Source of the DNA: Octopus vulgaris
Taxonomy: Eukaryota
Direction: 5' to 3'
Assembly: GCA_951406725.2 (NCBI GenBank)
Contig: OX597828.1
Location: 38,502,001-38,566,000 of the forward strand
Length of the DNA: 64,000 bases
A program made the translations under genes and the position numbers. Of this stretch, positions 39,563 through 53,116 are shown one piece after another; position 1 is the first letter of the stretch; every line of letters starts with the position of its first letter. The notes below the pieces were generated by a model. It was not told the DNA's origin. It ran no database searches and worked only from the letters and a program-made list of their open reading frames with translations.

Positions 39563-40259
39563 TCTTTCATCTTAGTACATAATGGTACTTCAAAAATATC
39601 TATTTACGAAGATGGGAACCCCAATAAATGGTGGTAATTTTGCTAATCATCTAACTATGAGAACAACAGACAGGCCGCTTAAGCAAAAATCCGTTTCAAA
39701 ACGGAAGAATAGGGGGAGAAAAACTACCCTTTTTCCTTTCTTATGAGGTATTAGACGTCTAGTCCGAAACTTCGCCTCATTTCCCATTTCTTCTAGGGCC
39801 TGTAGAGTGTAATTTGAAGTTGTTTCACTGCTACTTCTAGCAGTCGAGCGACCACGTCGTGGCTACCTTATTGTATTTATTCAAATTTCTATGATCTTGG
39901 ATATAGAATACTTCTTGAAAAACTACGAAATGTAACGTGTCAATGTTCTGTGTGTGTGTGTACGTGTGAGTGTGCGCGTGCGCGCTCGTGTGATGCACGT
40001 GCGAGCGTGTGTGCTGTGCGTTGTGTATGATATAAGATATCCGTATTAGAATCTGTGTATATGTGTCTCTAAATGTACGTGTGTGTGTGTGTGTGTGTGA
40101 CTGCTTTCGATGGTAGCGGGAGGTCCGAGGAAGGTAGGGGATTCTGAACATTCTGAAGACAATTCCCAGTTCCCATAACATATCAGTCACTTCCTATCCG
40201 GTCTGAAAGCGAAGTAAAGTAGGTACCACTCTCCTATTATGCACACAACACGCACAGAC

Positions 40260-40357
<98 letters not shown>

Positions 40358-40656
40358 TCTTTTATGTATATGCATATATATATATATATATTCTTTTATT
40401 GTTTTATTTGTTTCAATCATCTGACTGCGGCCATGCTGGAGCACCGCATTTAGTCGTACAAATTGACCCCAGGACTTATTCCTTGTAAGCCTAGTAACTT
40501 ATTCTATCGGTCACTTTTGCCGAACCGCTAAGTTACGGGGGACGTAGACCCGCCACCATCGATTGTTAAGCGATGGTGGTGGTGGTGGTGGGGACAAACA
40601 TACACACACACATGCATACATTAATATATATATATATGTATGTATGTATGTATACA

Positions 40657-40755
<99 letters not shown>

Positions 40756-40879
40756 TTAAATAATAAGGGTGAAAAATTGAATATTAATTTGATTAATATC
40801 AATTTAAAACCAGTGGCCTAGTATATTGAAAAATCTGAAAATTCAGAAAAATTATATTACATACCCTCTTATATGTATG

Positions 40880-40926
<47 letters not shown>

Positions 40927-41003
40927 TGCAGCGTGGAAGGTGTTTGTAAGCCATTTAAGAAACACACAAAAGCCGTTCGATTCACTTCAACATTTAAGTT
41001 TAA

Positions 41004-41053
41004 TTTGTCAAAATATTTTCATCGCTAAAATCCGCGACCTGTTCACTGACAAA
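41004..41053 (-). ncRNA. Second copy of the G3-C8 hammerhead-like motif
   Basis: tttgtca-GTGAACA-g-gtcgc-ggatttta-gcgat-GAAA-atat-TT-tgacaaa. Stems are kept while loop 2 differs from the copy at 28306. Confidence 0.55.
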
Positions 41054-41103
41054 AATCCGTGCTGCATCTCAGATCAAATCACTTGCTATGCGAGTACACC
41101 TCC

Positions 41104-41138
<35 letters not shown>

Positions 41139-41250
41139 ACGGGCTTCTTTCAGTTTCCGTCCAAATCCACTCACAAGGCTTTGGTCGGCCCGAGGGCACT
41201 TGCCCAAGGTGCCGCGCGGTGGGACTGAACCCGGAACCACATGGCTGCTA

Positions 41251-41303
<53 letters not shown>

Positions 41304-44300
41304 GTAGTGGCTGTATGATGTATATGTATGAATGTATGTATGTATGCATGCATGAATGTATGTATGTATGTATGTATGTATGTATGTATACCTGTCCACT
41401 CGAGTCCGAAGTCCACTATATTTGACTATAAAGAGAATTGCGCTTTCGACAATGGTTCTTAAAAACCTGCCATACTCTTCAATGTCTTTTGCCTGATCCT
41501 ACGAAGTACAATTACATACATTACATTACATTACATTACAGCATAGTACATATATCATTTTTTTACATGAAAAGTGTTGACAGTGACTTCGAAATTTCGG
41601 ACGATGAAAGTTAAGACGGCCGAACCTTCGAAGTCACTGTAGAAGAAGAATAAGCATGTACACTGCGAAAAGTATTGAATAATCCTTCAATTAAATGTGA
41701 AATTGTTTTTGTATACAGTTTGTGATTCACAAAAACGTCTAAACTGATCGTCTAAACTGATCTCCGAGTAACAATCACAAACTGGCTGATTGCCAATATG
41801 AAAATATAAACTCTAACAACGTATCGAGTGCCTCTTTTCGAAAAGACTTCCGCAACCCCACCATCACCACCACCACCACCATTTTCTCCCAAATTTGTTT
41901 ATTTTTGTAAATTTTTTTTTTTTTTTTTGCCAAAAATCTCTGTTTTCAGATACGGAGGTTCCGGAAAATTGCCAAAAATCGGCATTGTGAAATTTTTCCC
42001 CCAACTTCTTCAATTTTGACTTTTTTCCCCATCACTAAACCTAAAACCCTAACCCTAAAACCCAAAACGTAACTACAGAAATGTTTTGAAATTTTTGTCC
42101 GAATCATGATGTCCGCATATTTAGAATAAAAAATTCTTAAAAAATAATTTCACAAAGATTTTTGGAATTTTTTTTTTTTTTTTCGGAATCATAATCTCCG
42201 TATTTTACCGCATATTTTGGAAAAAAAAATTGTAAAAAAAGTTTAAAATGAATAAAATGGTGTTGGCGGGATGGTAATTTAGAAATGTCGATTTTTGCCA
42301 ATTTGTTTGCAGATTCGTATTCCCCGTAGCCGATAAGTGGGATTTGTGTCGAAAAAAAAATTTTTTTAAGGGTGGTTCTTTTGGGTGAGGACGGGCGGAA
42401 GTCTTGCCCTTGACAACATTTCTTCTGGCTCTTTACGTTTTGAGTTCAAATACCGCCGAGGTCGATTTTTTAACCTTTCATTTAACCAGTCAAGTACTGG
42501 GGTCTGTATAATAGACTTTCTCCTTCTTCAAATCGCTGTTATATCTTAATCAGAAACATTTATCTCTGTATTAATGCCTTTATTGTTGATGTCAGACTTT
42601 TAGCCTAAAGTATCATCCAACTCCTATACTGCTCCTTGTTACGTTGTATAATATTACTGTTGTTTATTATAAGTTATATCGTGAAAGCGGTAAGCTAGCA
42701 GAATCGTTAGAGCAGCAGACATAATGAAAATCAAAATGCTTACACTACTTTGTTACCAGCTCTACGTTCTCAGTTCAAATCCTGTCGAGATCGACTTAGT
42801 CTTTTATCCTTTCGAGGTCGGTAACACAAATCCTGATCAAGCAGTGGGGTCGATATAATCGTCTGTTCTCTCCAACGCCGTCAATACGATGGGTTTTTAC
42901 GTTTTACTCAAGGGTGCCAGTCAGGTTGATGACGGGGTCTTTGAGCAAAAGGCGTAAAGATTTCTGTCCTTGAGCCTATGTAATCAATTATTATCATTTT
43001 GTCTTGTGCTGGCAGAATCGTTGCAGCATCAGACAAAATGCATTGCGGTATTTCTTCCGGTTCTTTACATTCTGAGTTCAAATACCGCTGAGGTCAACTT
43101 TGCCTTTCGTCTTTTCAGAATCAGTAAAATAAGTACCAGTGTAGCACTTGGGTCGATATAATCGACTTACCCCTCCCCTCAAAATTGTTGGCCTTGTACT
43201 TACATTAGAAAGAATTATTATTACTATTACCCTTGCCTTTTGTTCCATGTAAATTCCTCGGTTTCTGGGGCGGAGTCTTTTGTATTTCCTTTCAAATATT
43301 ATTGTTTAGTCGCAGGCCAACCTTTCTCGAGCAGACCAATGATGAAAGACATTCTAGCCGTGACCGTACCTACTTTTATCCCTTTATTCAGACATAGCAT
43401 CTGAAGGACTTCAATATCCAATGAATTCTGAAAACAGTGCAGTATGGTTTGAGTAAGTTTTGGCTGTCATTTCTAACGGTCGACCAAGCGTATAATAAAG
43501 GGTTTTGTCGCCTTTTAGTTTAATTAATTTAAATTTCTTAGTTCACTTCGTTTCGTATAATGGCCCCGACTTTACTATTTTGTTTTCATGCAAAGGACGT
43601 CCCTGAGTATCCCAGCTTGTCTTTGTGCTAGATAAACTTCGCTTAGCACCCTTCCACTTCCTCAAGACAAAATACCCAGCAAGATCACGTTACGTTTCTT
43701 TAATCCATATGCCTTTCGGCTGATGGGCTTGATGAAGAGTGGGATGTAGAAACGCCTGTTGTTGAAGACCCTTCATTTTCTTTTGCTAAGCTGACACCCT
43801 TGAGAAAAACGTAAATGTAAAAGTCTCATCGCATTCCAGACATTAACGGGTAGCTCTCTGAATAACCTACAAACCTGAGAGGACAAAAAAAAAACGGTTT
43901 TCTTTAAACCTGGAGCCTTCAAGCTAACTAGCTACACATCTTTATCTTTCTATTTCTAACTTTCCACCTCTCTCTCTCTCTCTCTCCCTCTCTTTATACA
44001 CACACACATCAATGGTTTAACGTCCACTTTTCTATGCCTGCATGGGTTAGACGTAATTCGTTGAGGAAGGAAGGTTTTCTACGACGAGATACCTTTCCTG
44101 TCGCCAACATTGACTTGTTTCCAAGCAAGGTAATGCTACCATGGAAGACTGGAAACGAGGGACTAATATGATTGTGCCGTTCATTTATTACTGTCTCGTA
44201 ATATCTAAACAAACACACACACACACACAAACGACAGGCTTCTTTTAGTTTCTGTCTACCACATCCACACTCATAAGGTTTGGCCAGGTCGGGACCAATG

Positions 44301-44392
44301 TGCCATGCAGTGGGTCCGAACCTCAACTCACGAAATTAGACTGCAGACTTCTTAACCACAAACCCAAACCTTCGCCTATAAGTAGGTATGAG

Positions 44393-44427
<35 letters not shown>

Positions 44428-45358
44428 TGTGTGTCTGTGTGTCTGTGTGTCTGTGTGTGTGTGTGTCTGTGTCTGTGTCTGTGTGTCTGTGTGCTTCTGC
44501 TCGTGTAGTTGTGTATGAACATGTCCGTCTGTGAGATTTTCTAACCAGCAACCTGATTCTGACGGTGTGTAGAGAGAGGTCTCTTTTACTCTTTTACTTG
44601 TTTCAGTCATTTGACTGTGGCCATGCTGGAGCACCGCCTTTAATCGAGCAAATCGACCCCAAGACTTATTCTTTGTAAGCTTAGTACTTATTCTATCGGA
44701 CATTTTTGCTGAAACGCTAAGTTATGGGGACGTAAACACACCAGCATCGGTTGTCAAATGATGTTGGGGGGGGGGGGGACAAACACAAACACACACACAC
44801 ATATATGCATATAAATATATACGACAGGCTTCTTTCCGTCTACCAAATCCACTCACAAGGCTTTGGTCGCCCCGAGGCTATAGTAGAAGACACTTGCCCA
44901 AGGTGCCACGCAGTGGGACTGAACCCGGAACTATGTGGTTGGTAAGCAAGCTACTTACCACACAGCCACTAATGCAAGTAACAAGCTATTTACCTGGCCG
45001 GCCCTTCTCTACATTAAAGTAACCAGTGTTCCTTCCCTTCCTTGTCATTCTAACCCTTTTCTTCTTTCTCCGCCTCCAAATCTATTCTTTCCCAAATATA
45101 CTTCCTTTCTTTCTCCCAGAATTTTACTTCCTTTGAACATTTCTATCCCACACAGGCGTAACAACTCCCTCTTATTTCCTGTCATTTGCTACTGTGTTCA
45201 TGTACTTATGGCTAAATGGGATGGTGAGAAAAAGCTTCTTGCTTCTTGAAGAAGGGATTTTGTCCGAAACGGCAGAGATTCAATTATCAGTCAATAATCT
45301 GGATATAAATAAACACATATCTATATTTTTGTGTATGTGTGTGTGCTGTTTGTGTGTA

Positions 45359-45395
<37 letters not shown>

Positions 45396-46860
45396 CAATG
45401 TGTGTGTATATACCAACATGTGTATGTCTGTGTGTCCAACCACCACTACTACAACTGCTTGATAACTGGTGTTGGTTTGCTTATGTCCCCGTAGCTTAAC
45501 AGTTCGAGAAAAGAAACTCATAGAATACATACTGCGGTCGATCTGTTCAACTAAATCCTTCAAGGTGGTATCCCCAAAAGGATCCAAGACAGTAAATTAG
45601 TAAAAAATTTTAGGTCGTCGGCCGAGATATCTTGTGGTATTCGCTTCGGCTCCTGGATTCTAAATTCTTGTCTAGTAGACTTAGGTCCGTTAATTGGTTT
45701 GAAACAACTGCCTGATACTTCGAGTGTCTTTAGTAGACTCTGTGACAAGCATTCAGACCAGGTGTTTCGTTTGAGGATATCTTCTTTTATATATTTTTGT
45801 CTTGGAGCCCCTGAAAAATAAAGGGTTGTTGCTGCTACTCATCCATCCCTAAATTTGTAGCAAGACTATAAAAAAAATGGGTGAAGCAGTTAGAGACTAA
45901 AAAATAAGTCGATTACATCGATCCCGAAAAGATGAAAGGCAAAGTCGACCATAATACTATTCTATATTTTGAGATGAGGAATTATGTACATTGTTTATGA
46001 TGGACAGATAGGTGATTATTTACAATGGCCGGATGAGGACACCTATCCGTCGATTGTAAATAAAGTCCACCATGGTAGAATTTGGGCTTAGTATGTATAG
46101 ACGGATGAAATGCTACTTAAGCATTTTTTACCGGCGCGTAACGATTCTGCCGGTTCAGCAAATACTGAAATATTGAGGCACAAGGCCTGAAATTTTGGGG
46201 GAGGGGACCAGTCGAGTAGTTCGACCCCAGTACGCAACTGATACTTAATTTATCGACCCCGAAAGGATAAAAGGCAAAGTCGACCTCGGCGGAATTTGAA
46301 CTCAGAACGTAAAGCAAATACTGAAATATTGATTTTAAGTTCTAGCACAAGGCCAGCAATTCCGAGGAGGGGGTTATATCGATTGCATCCCCACCCCAGT
46401 GCTCATTAATAATTCCAAAAAGAATTATTGATATTTAAATTTAATTTATTTGGACAAATGGATGTACACTGATCCAACAAATTAGTTACCTAAATCTTTT
46501 TCCTCTTTTTTTTCTTGTATTTTTTTAAAATTTATTATTTAATTTTAACTCTGCTTCTTTAATCACTTAATTAAGTTCCCTCCTATGTAAACCTTACATA
46601 AATTATTGTCCCACAAACCAAGAACCACTACACTTTGATGCCATCTTTTATCTTCTACTTCTTTCAGTCATTAGACTGTGGCCATGCTGGGGCACCGCCT
46701 TGAAGAATTTTTTTTTGTTTTTTGTCGAAGGAGTCGATTCCAGCACCTTTTGTTAAAAGCTTATTACTTATTCCATCGGTCTATTTTGCGGAATTGCTGA
46801 GTTATAGCGCGTAATCGAACCATCACCGGTTATCAAGCATCCTAGTGGAGGACTAACATT

Positions 46861-46896
<36 letters not shown>

Positions 46897-47671
46897 TGCT
46901 TACATAACGGGCTTCTTTCAGTTGCCGTCTCCCAAATCCACGCACAAGGATTTGGTCGGCCCGAGGCTATAGCATAAGACATTTTCCCAAGGTGCCGCGC
47001 AGTGAGATTGAACCCGAAACTATATGGTTAGGAAGCAAACTTCTTACCACACAGCCACGCCTACGATGTTTACGACGGAGGATGAATCAGATTACGAATT
47101 AACAATTCCGATTTCCACAGTAAAATCCATCGCATCCTAATCTCGACTATTGCGCATCTGAGACTACATTAACGAATATGTTCCTCTTTTCTTCTTAATA
47201 CGGTTCGGTACGATTTGAGATGAATGTCACTGCTATTTCTAGTAAATCTTGTTACTTCGTAGAGGTACGTGTGTCGAATACGTGCATATTTGGATGTGTT
47301 CCTTTAATCTGACATCTCCTGATAACTTATCAATAAACTAAACAAACATATGGCCTTTTTCCGCCCAATTATATCTCCTTCGTTTGTTGTTTTTAATTCT
47401 TATTATTCTGTTTTCTTAAATATTATATATATTTCTTCTTCGTATTTAGTTAATGATTAATGTCTTTCCCACAATTAAACACCCACCCTCTTATCGGTCC
47501 ACCTACCTACCAACTTACGTACGTACGTACATACATACATACATACATTTCTGTATTTTACTTATATACACAAGCTATATGTAATTTCTATTTCACGTGC
47601 CGTTGAACAAAAATATTGACCTTTGAGTCACTTATACACCCTATAATACACAGTCTATGTGTGTGTACACA

Positions 47672-47738
<67 letters not shown>

Positions 47739-47787
47739 ATACATACATATGCATTTGCGCTTGGATAAACAGACAGACAGACAGATA

Positions 47788-48296
47788 AGCTGGCAGAAAC
47801 GTTAGCACGCCGGGCGAAATGCGTAGCCGTATTTCGTCTGCCGTTACGTTCTGAGTTCAAATTCCGCCGAGGTCGACTTTGCCTTTCATCCTTTCGGAGT
47901 CGATTAAATAAGTACCAGTTACGCACTGGAGTCGATATAATCGACTTAATCCGTTTGTCTGTCCTTGTTTGTCCTCTCTGTGTTTAGCCCCTTGTGGGTA
48001 GTAAAGAAATAGGTATTTCGCCTGCCGCTACGTTCTGAGTTCAAATTCCACCGAGGTTCACTTTCTTTACTACCCACAAGGGGCCAAACACAGAGAGGAC
48101 AAACAAGGGACAGACAAACGGATTAAGTCGATTATATCGACCTCAGTGCGTAACTGGTACTTATTTAATTCGACCATGAAAGGATGAAAGGCAAAGTCGA
48201 CCTCGGCGGAATTTGAACTCAGAACGTAGCGGCAGACGAAATACCGCAAAGCATTTCGCCCCAGCGTGCTAACGTTTCTCCCACCTCGCCGCCTTA
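47788..48296. mobile_element. Tail-to-tail pair of young SINE B copies
   Basis: B(+) at 47788-48064 and B(-) at 48061-48296 give ~220-bp complementary arms. Confidence 0.9.
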
Positions 48297-48649
48297 ATAT
48301 TTTCATATATCTAGTATAAAATGTGAGGGAGAAGTCTTTTGTTAATGCAGATTTAATGCTAAGGAATAACTAGGGCTCTTTTTTTTTTTTTTTGTTAATA
48401 TTCAACCATCTTTTAGGGTATGACAAATCCATTGCATAGCGATTAGGTGGTTGATATTTGGAAATTCTTCAATAAATATCGATGGGATGGAAGTCTCTGC
48501 AAGAATTCGTCAATTCGATGTTTTTGTTCTAAATTTCAGAAGACTATCATAGGAGACAAAGATTTCATCGAGCTATCAATGTGAAGACAGTATATTGTAT
48601 AATGACCCAGTCGATTTTATAATGATATGATTATCTTTCAAACTTCATA

Positions 48650-48705
<56 letters not shown>

Positions 48706-48846
48706 GGACATAGATTGTGTTCCGTTAACTAACTAGAAAAGGCGTTTTCCTGGGGTTAAAATGTAGTAACATAGTTCTTCAGAGAACAGCCACGTGATAG
48801 TGGCAAAAAACATTACCCCTATATATATATATATGCATATATATAT

Positions 48847-48934
<88 letters not shown>

Positions 48935-49052
48935 TGGATCTAGAAATACAATATCCCTACATATCTCACATCTATTTCCTTTATTTCCTCCACCTCACTC
49001 TCTATTTTATATCTTATCTAAATTAACTATTTCTTAACCATCCTCTCACACC

Positions 49053-49104
49053 GTCTCCGATGAAGGGATATAATTAATAAATATCCTGGAAACAGCTGTA
49101 AGGC
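49053..49104 (+). ncRNA. Minimal type I hammerhead-like motif (CCGAUGA core; mirror copy 49761-49808, minus)
   Basis: gtct-CCGATGA-ag-ggatat-loop-atatcc-tg-GAAAC-AGCT-GTA-aggc. Stem III is the palindrome ACAGCTGT. Confidence 0.65.
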
Positions 49105-49188
49105 CTTCTATCTATAAATGTTCTAAAATCTACACAGCCTTGGTTTTTTATCTCATTACGGAAAAAAATTTATATATATATATATGTG

Positions 49189-49234
<46 letters not shown>

Positions 49235-50102
49235 TGTATGTATGTATGTATGTATGAATGTATGTATGTATGTGATGAAGCGTCTTTCAAAGTATCTCAA
49301 TGTATAAATATGCTGAGACAATCTATAAGTCATCTACAGTAAACCCAAAAGAGCTTCATCTTTTTTCTTTCTATCTTTCACAGTTATTTTCAAGAGAGAC
49401 CTTAGGCCAATAAAGCTAATACTTTAGAAAGACATGTCACTGAAGGGACAGGTTTAACACGATTAACATTAGGGCCGAAACTTCCATAGATTAATTGTAG
49501 CGTATCGAACGCGGCCATCATACCTATATATATAGAGAGAGAGCGGTTATGAGAGGTAATGGTGGCAATAAGACCCAAGGTGTCAAGCAATGCTGAGAAA
49601 GTGCTATGGTTAGACCATAGTTAAGCTCCAGGTTCGGTGATTATGCGAATAAGGAGTCCAACATAGGTCATATATCAGCATGTGTATATATGAAAAAAAA
49701 TTTTCAGACTGAGATAAACAACCAAGGCTGTGGAAATTTTAGAACATTTATAAATAGATGGTCTTACAGCTGTTTCGAGGATATCTATTATATCCCTTCA
49801 TCGGAGTCGGTGTGAGAAAATGGTTAAGCAATAGTTAATTTAGATAAGATACGAAATAGAGAGTGACGTGGAGGGATGAAAATAGATGTGAGATATGCAG
49901 GGATATTGCATTTCTAGATCCATTATTTAGGCAGAATGGTATATGTCTTGTGAGTGAAATCCAATAGTATTTAAAACTGATCATTCCAAGTATAGAGTTT
50001 GTACACAGTGCTATTGAATCAAGGGTTTATTTCGTACCTTATCTAAATTAACTATTGCTTAACCATTTTGTCACAGTCTCCGTTTTATCTCAGTCTGAAA
50101 AA

Positions 50103-50142
<40 letters not shown>

Positions 50143-50315
50143 GTAAGAATGGAGTTGAACGACGATTCATTCGACACATGTTTCGAAGGCTGCATATTCC
50201 TAATTCCGAAGGAATAAGTGCATTGTACACGCCATCTCATCAGGAAAGACAAGGAACTTATGTCAGACCATGATTTAGCAAAAACTTTTAGATGACTGCC
50301 CACATGATGTCCACA

Positions 50316-50383
<68 letters not shown>

Positions 50384-50444
50384 CTGTGGACATCATGTGG
50401 GCAGTCATCTAAAAGTTTTGCTCTTCATGGTGCTGACATAAGTT

Positions 50445-50540
50445 CCTTGTCTTTCCTGATGAGATGGCGGCACAATGCACCCTTTTATTCCTTCGGAATT
50501 AGGAATATGCAGCCTTCGAAACATGTGTCGAGAGTAAAGG
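50445..50540 (+). ncRNA. Type I hammerhead ribozyme motif with canonical core (mirror copy ~50170-50250, minus)
   Basis: ctttc-CTGATGA(50456-50462)-gatggcggca...tgcagccttc-GAAA(50518-50521)-C-ATGT-GTC-gagag. Predicted cleavage after C50529. Confidence 0.75.
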
Positions 50541-50913
50541 AATTTTGTTAAAATCGTCGTTCAACTCCATTCTTACATTTATATATATATATATATATAT
50601 ATATACATTTTTTCAGACTGAGATAAAAACGGAGACGGTGTGACAAAATGGTTAAGCAATAGTTAATTTAGATAAGGTACGAAATAAAACCCTTGATTCA
50701 ATAGCACTGTGTACAAACTCTATACTTGGAATGATCAGTTTTAAATACTATTGGATTTCACTCACAAGACATTGGAATCTTATATGTATACCATTCTGCC
50801 TAAATAATGGATCTAGAAATGCAATATCCCTGCATATCTCACATCTATTTTCATTCCTCCACTTCACTTTCTATTTCGTATCTTATCTAAATTAACTATT
50901 GCTTAACCATTTT

Positions 50914-51355
50914 CTGTCATTCGCTGCCTTCCTTCACAACAATAATAATGATCCTTTCTACTATAAGCACAAAGCCTGAAATTTGAGGGAAGGGTGCAAG
51001 CTGATTACGTAGATCACCAGTACATGACTGGTACATATTTTATCGACTTCGAAAGAATGAAAGGGAAAGTCAGCTACGATGGAAATTGAACTCAGAACAT
51101 AAAGACGGATGGAATTCTGTGAAGCGTTTATCCGGCATGCTAACGATTCGGCCAAATCGCCGCCTTACGAGAACTTTTGGGGAGGTGGGGGGGTCAGTCA
51201 ATTAGATCGACCCCAGTACGAAACTGGTACTAATTTATCGACCACGAATTTGAACTCATAACGTAAAGACAGACGAAATGCCTGGTTCAAATGACTTATT
51301 TTCTTTCTATTCATAAAACGGATAAACAAAAGTACACACACACACACACACACAG

Positions 51356-51411
<56 letters not shown>

Positions 51412-51936
51412 CTGTGTGTGTGTGTGTGTGTGTACTTTTGTTTATCCGTTTTATGAATAGAAAGAAAATAGGCATCAGTTGTATACCAAGCAAAGGCGGT
51501 ACTGATTGCACAATAACGCAGTGTCTCGTTTCACTACAGATACGTGATGCGGCTCTCGTATGTCGTTCTTGTAAATGTAGAATTTTAGACACACACACAC
51601 ACACACACATGCACGCACGCACGCATTAAGATATATCTGCGGAAAAAGAAAAAAAGAATAGGCAAAGATAACTTTGGTTTTATCTAACGTTTGATTGAAT
51701 TTAATCTTTCGTTTCCTTGAAATATGGCTTATTTCCATTTTGATTTTTATTTATCAATTTATGAGTTCCAATTTTTTTTTTTTTTTTTTTGTCATTTCAA
51801 TTGATATCACGAAAAAACATCAAGCTTATTATTTTCCTTGTCTGTGAAGAAGTTAATTCGTTCCTAAGAGACGTGGAATTAAAACATATATCCGTGAGGT
51901 ATTATTTATTTTATATTTTATTCTACTTCTAAGATA

Positions 51937-52035
<99 letters not shown>

Positions 52036-53116
52036 TTTTACATGTTTCAGTCATTTGACTGCGGCCATGCTGGAGCACCACCTTTTACTCGAACAAATCA
52101 GCCCCAGGACTTATTCTTTGTAAGCCTAGTACTTAGTCTATCGGTCTCTTTAGCCGAACCGCTAAGTTATGGGGATGTAAACACACCAGCATCGGTTGTC
52201 AAGCGATGGTGGGAGAGGGACAAACACAGACACACACACACCCACACAAACATACACATATATATACGACGGGGTTCTTCGAGTTTCTGTCTACTAAATC
52301 CACTCACAAGACTTTGGTCAGCCCGAGGGTACAGTAGAAGACACTTGTCCAAGGTGCCACGCAGTGGGACTGAACCCAGGACCATGTGGTAGATAAGCAA
52401 GCTACTTACCACACAGCCATTCCTGCGTCGATAAATTAAGTACCAGTTAAGCACTGGGATCGGAAAAAGCGACTTAATCCCTTTGTCTGTCCTTGTTTGT
52501 CCCCTCTATGTTTAGCCCCTTGTGGGCAATAAAGAAATAAGAAAATTAAGCGCGTCTGGCGAAATGCTTAGTGGTATTTCGTCTGTCGTTACGTTCTGAG
52601 TTCAAATTCCGCCGAGGTCGACTTTGCCTTTCATCCTTTCGGGGTCGATAAATTAAGTACCAGTTACGCACTGGGGTCGATATAATCAAATTAATCCGTT
52701 TGTTTGTCCTTGTTTGTCCTCTCTGTGTTTAGTCCCTAGTATTTCGTCTGTCTTTACGTTATGAGTTCAAATTCGTGGTCGATAAATTAGTACCAGTTTC
52801 GTACTGGGGTCGATATAATTGACTGACCCCCCAAAAATTTCGTGCCCCAAATAGTTCTCGTAAGGCGGCGATTTGGCAGAATCGTTAGCATGCCGGACAA
52901 ACGCTTCACAGCATTTCATCCATCTTTATGTTCTGAGTTCAATTTCCATCGTAGCTGACTTTGCCTTTCATTCTTTTGAGGTCGATAAAATATGTACCAG
53001 TCATGTACTGGTGATCTACGTAATCAGCTTGCACCCTTCCCTCAAATTTCAGGCTTTGTGCTTATAGTAGAAAGGATCATTATTATTGTTGTGAAGGAAG
53101 GCAGCGAATGACAGAA
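50914..53116. repeat. ~370-bp inverted duplication (50914-51281 / 52743-53116)
   Basis: Both arms contain the same composite of SINE B pieces with the same private variants and junctions. Confidence 0.8.

Larger units (their letters stand above)
48933..50914. repeat. Nested inverted-repeat complex of two hammerhead-bearing element families
   Basis: 48933-49170 is inverted at 49692-49925. A palindrome of 49815-50316 / 50384-50914 is centred on (TA)n at ~50350. Confidence 0.85.

Noticed and set aside
45241-45278. Hammerhead-like TTGAAGA...GAAACGGCA
   Set aside because: U16.1 is missing and stem I is weak. At best a decayed copy.
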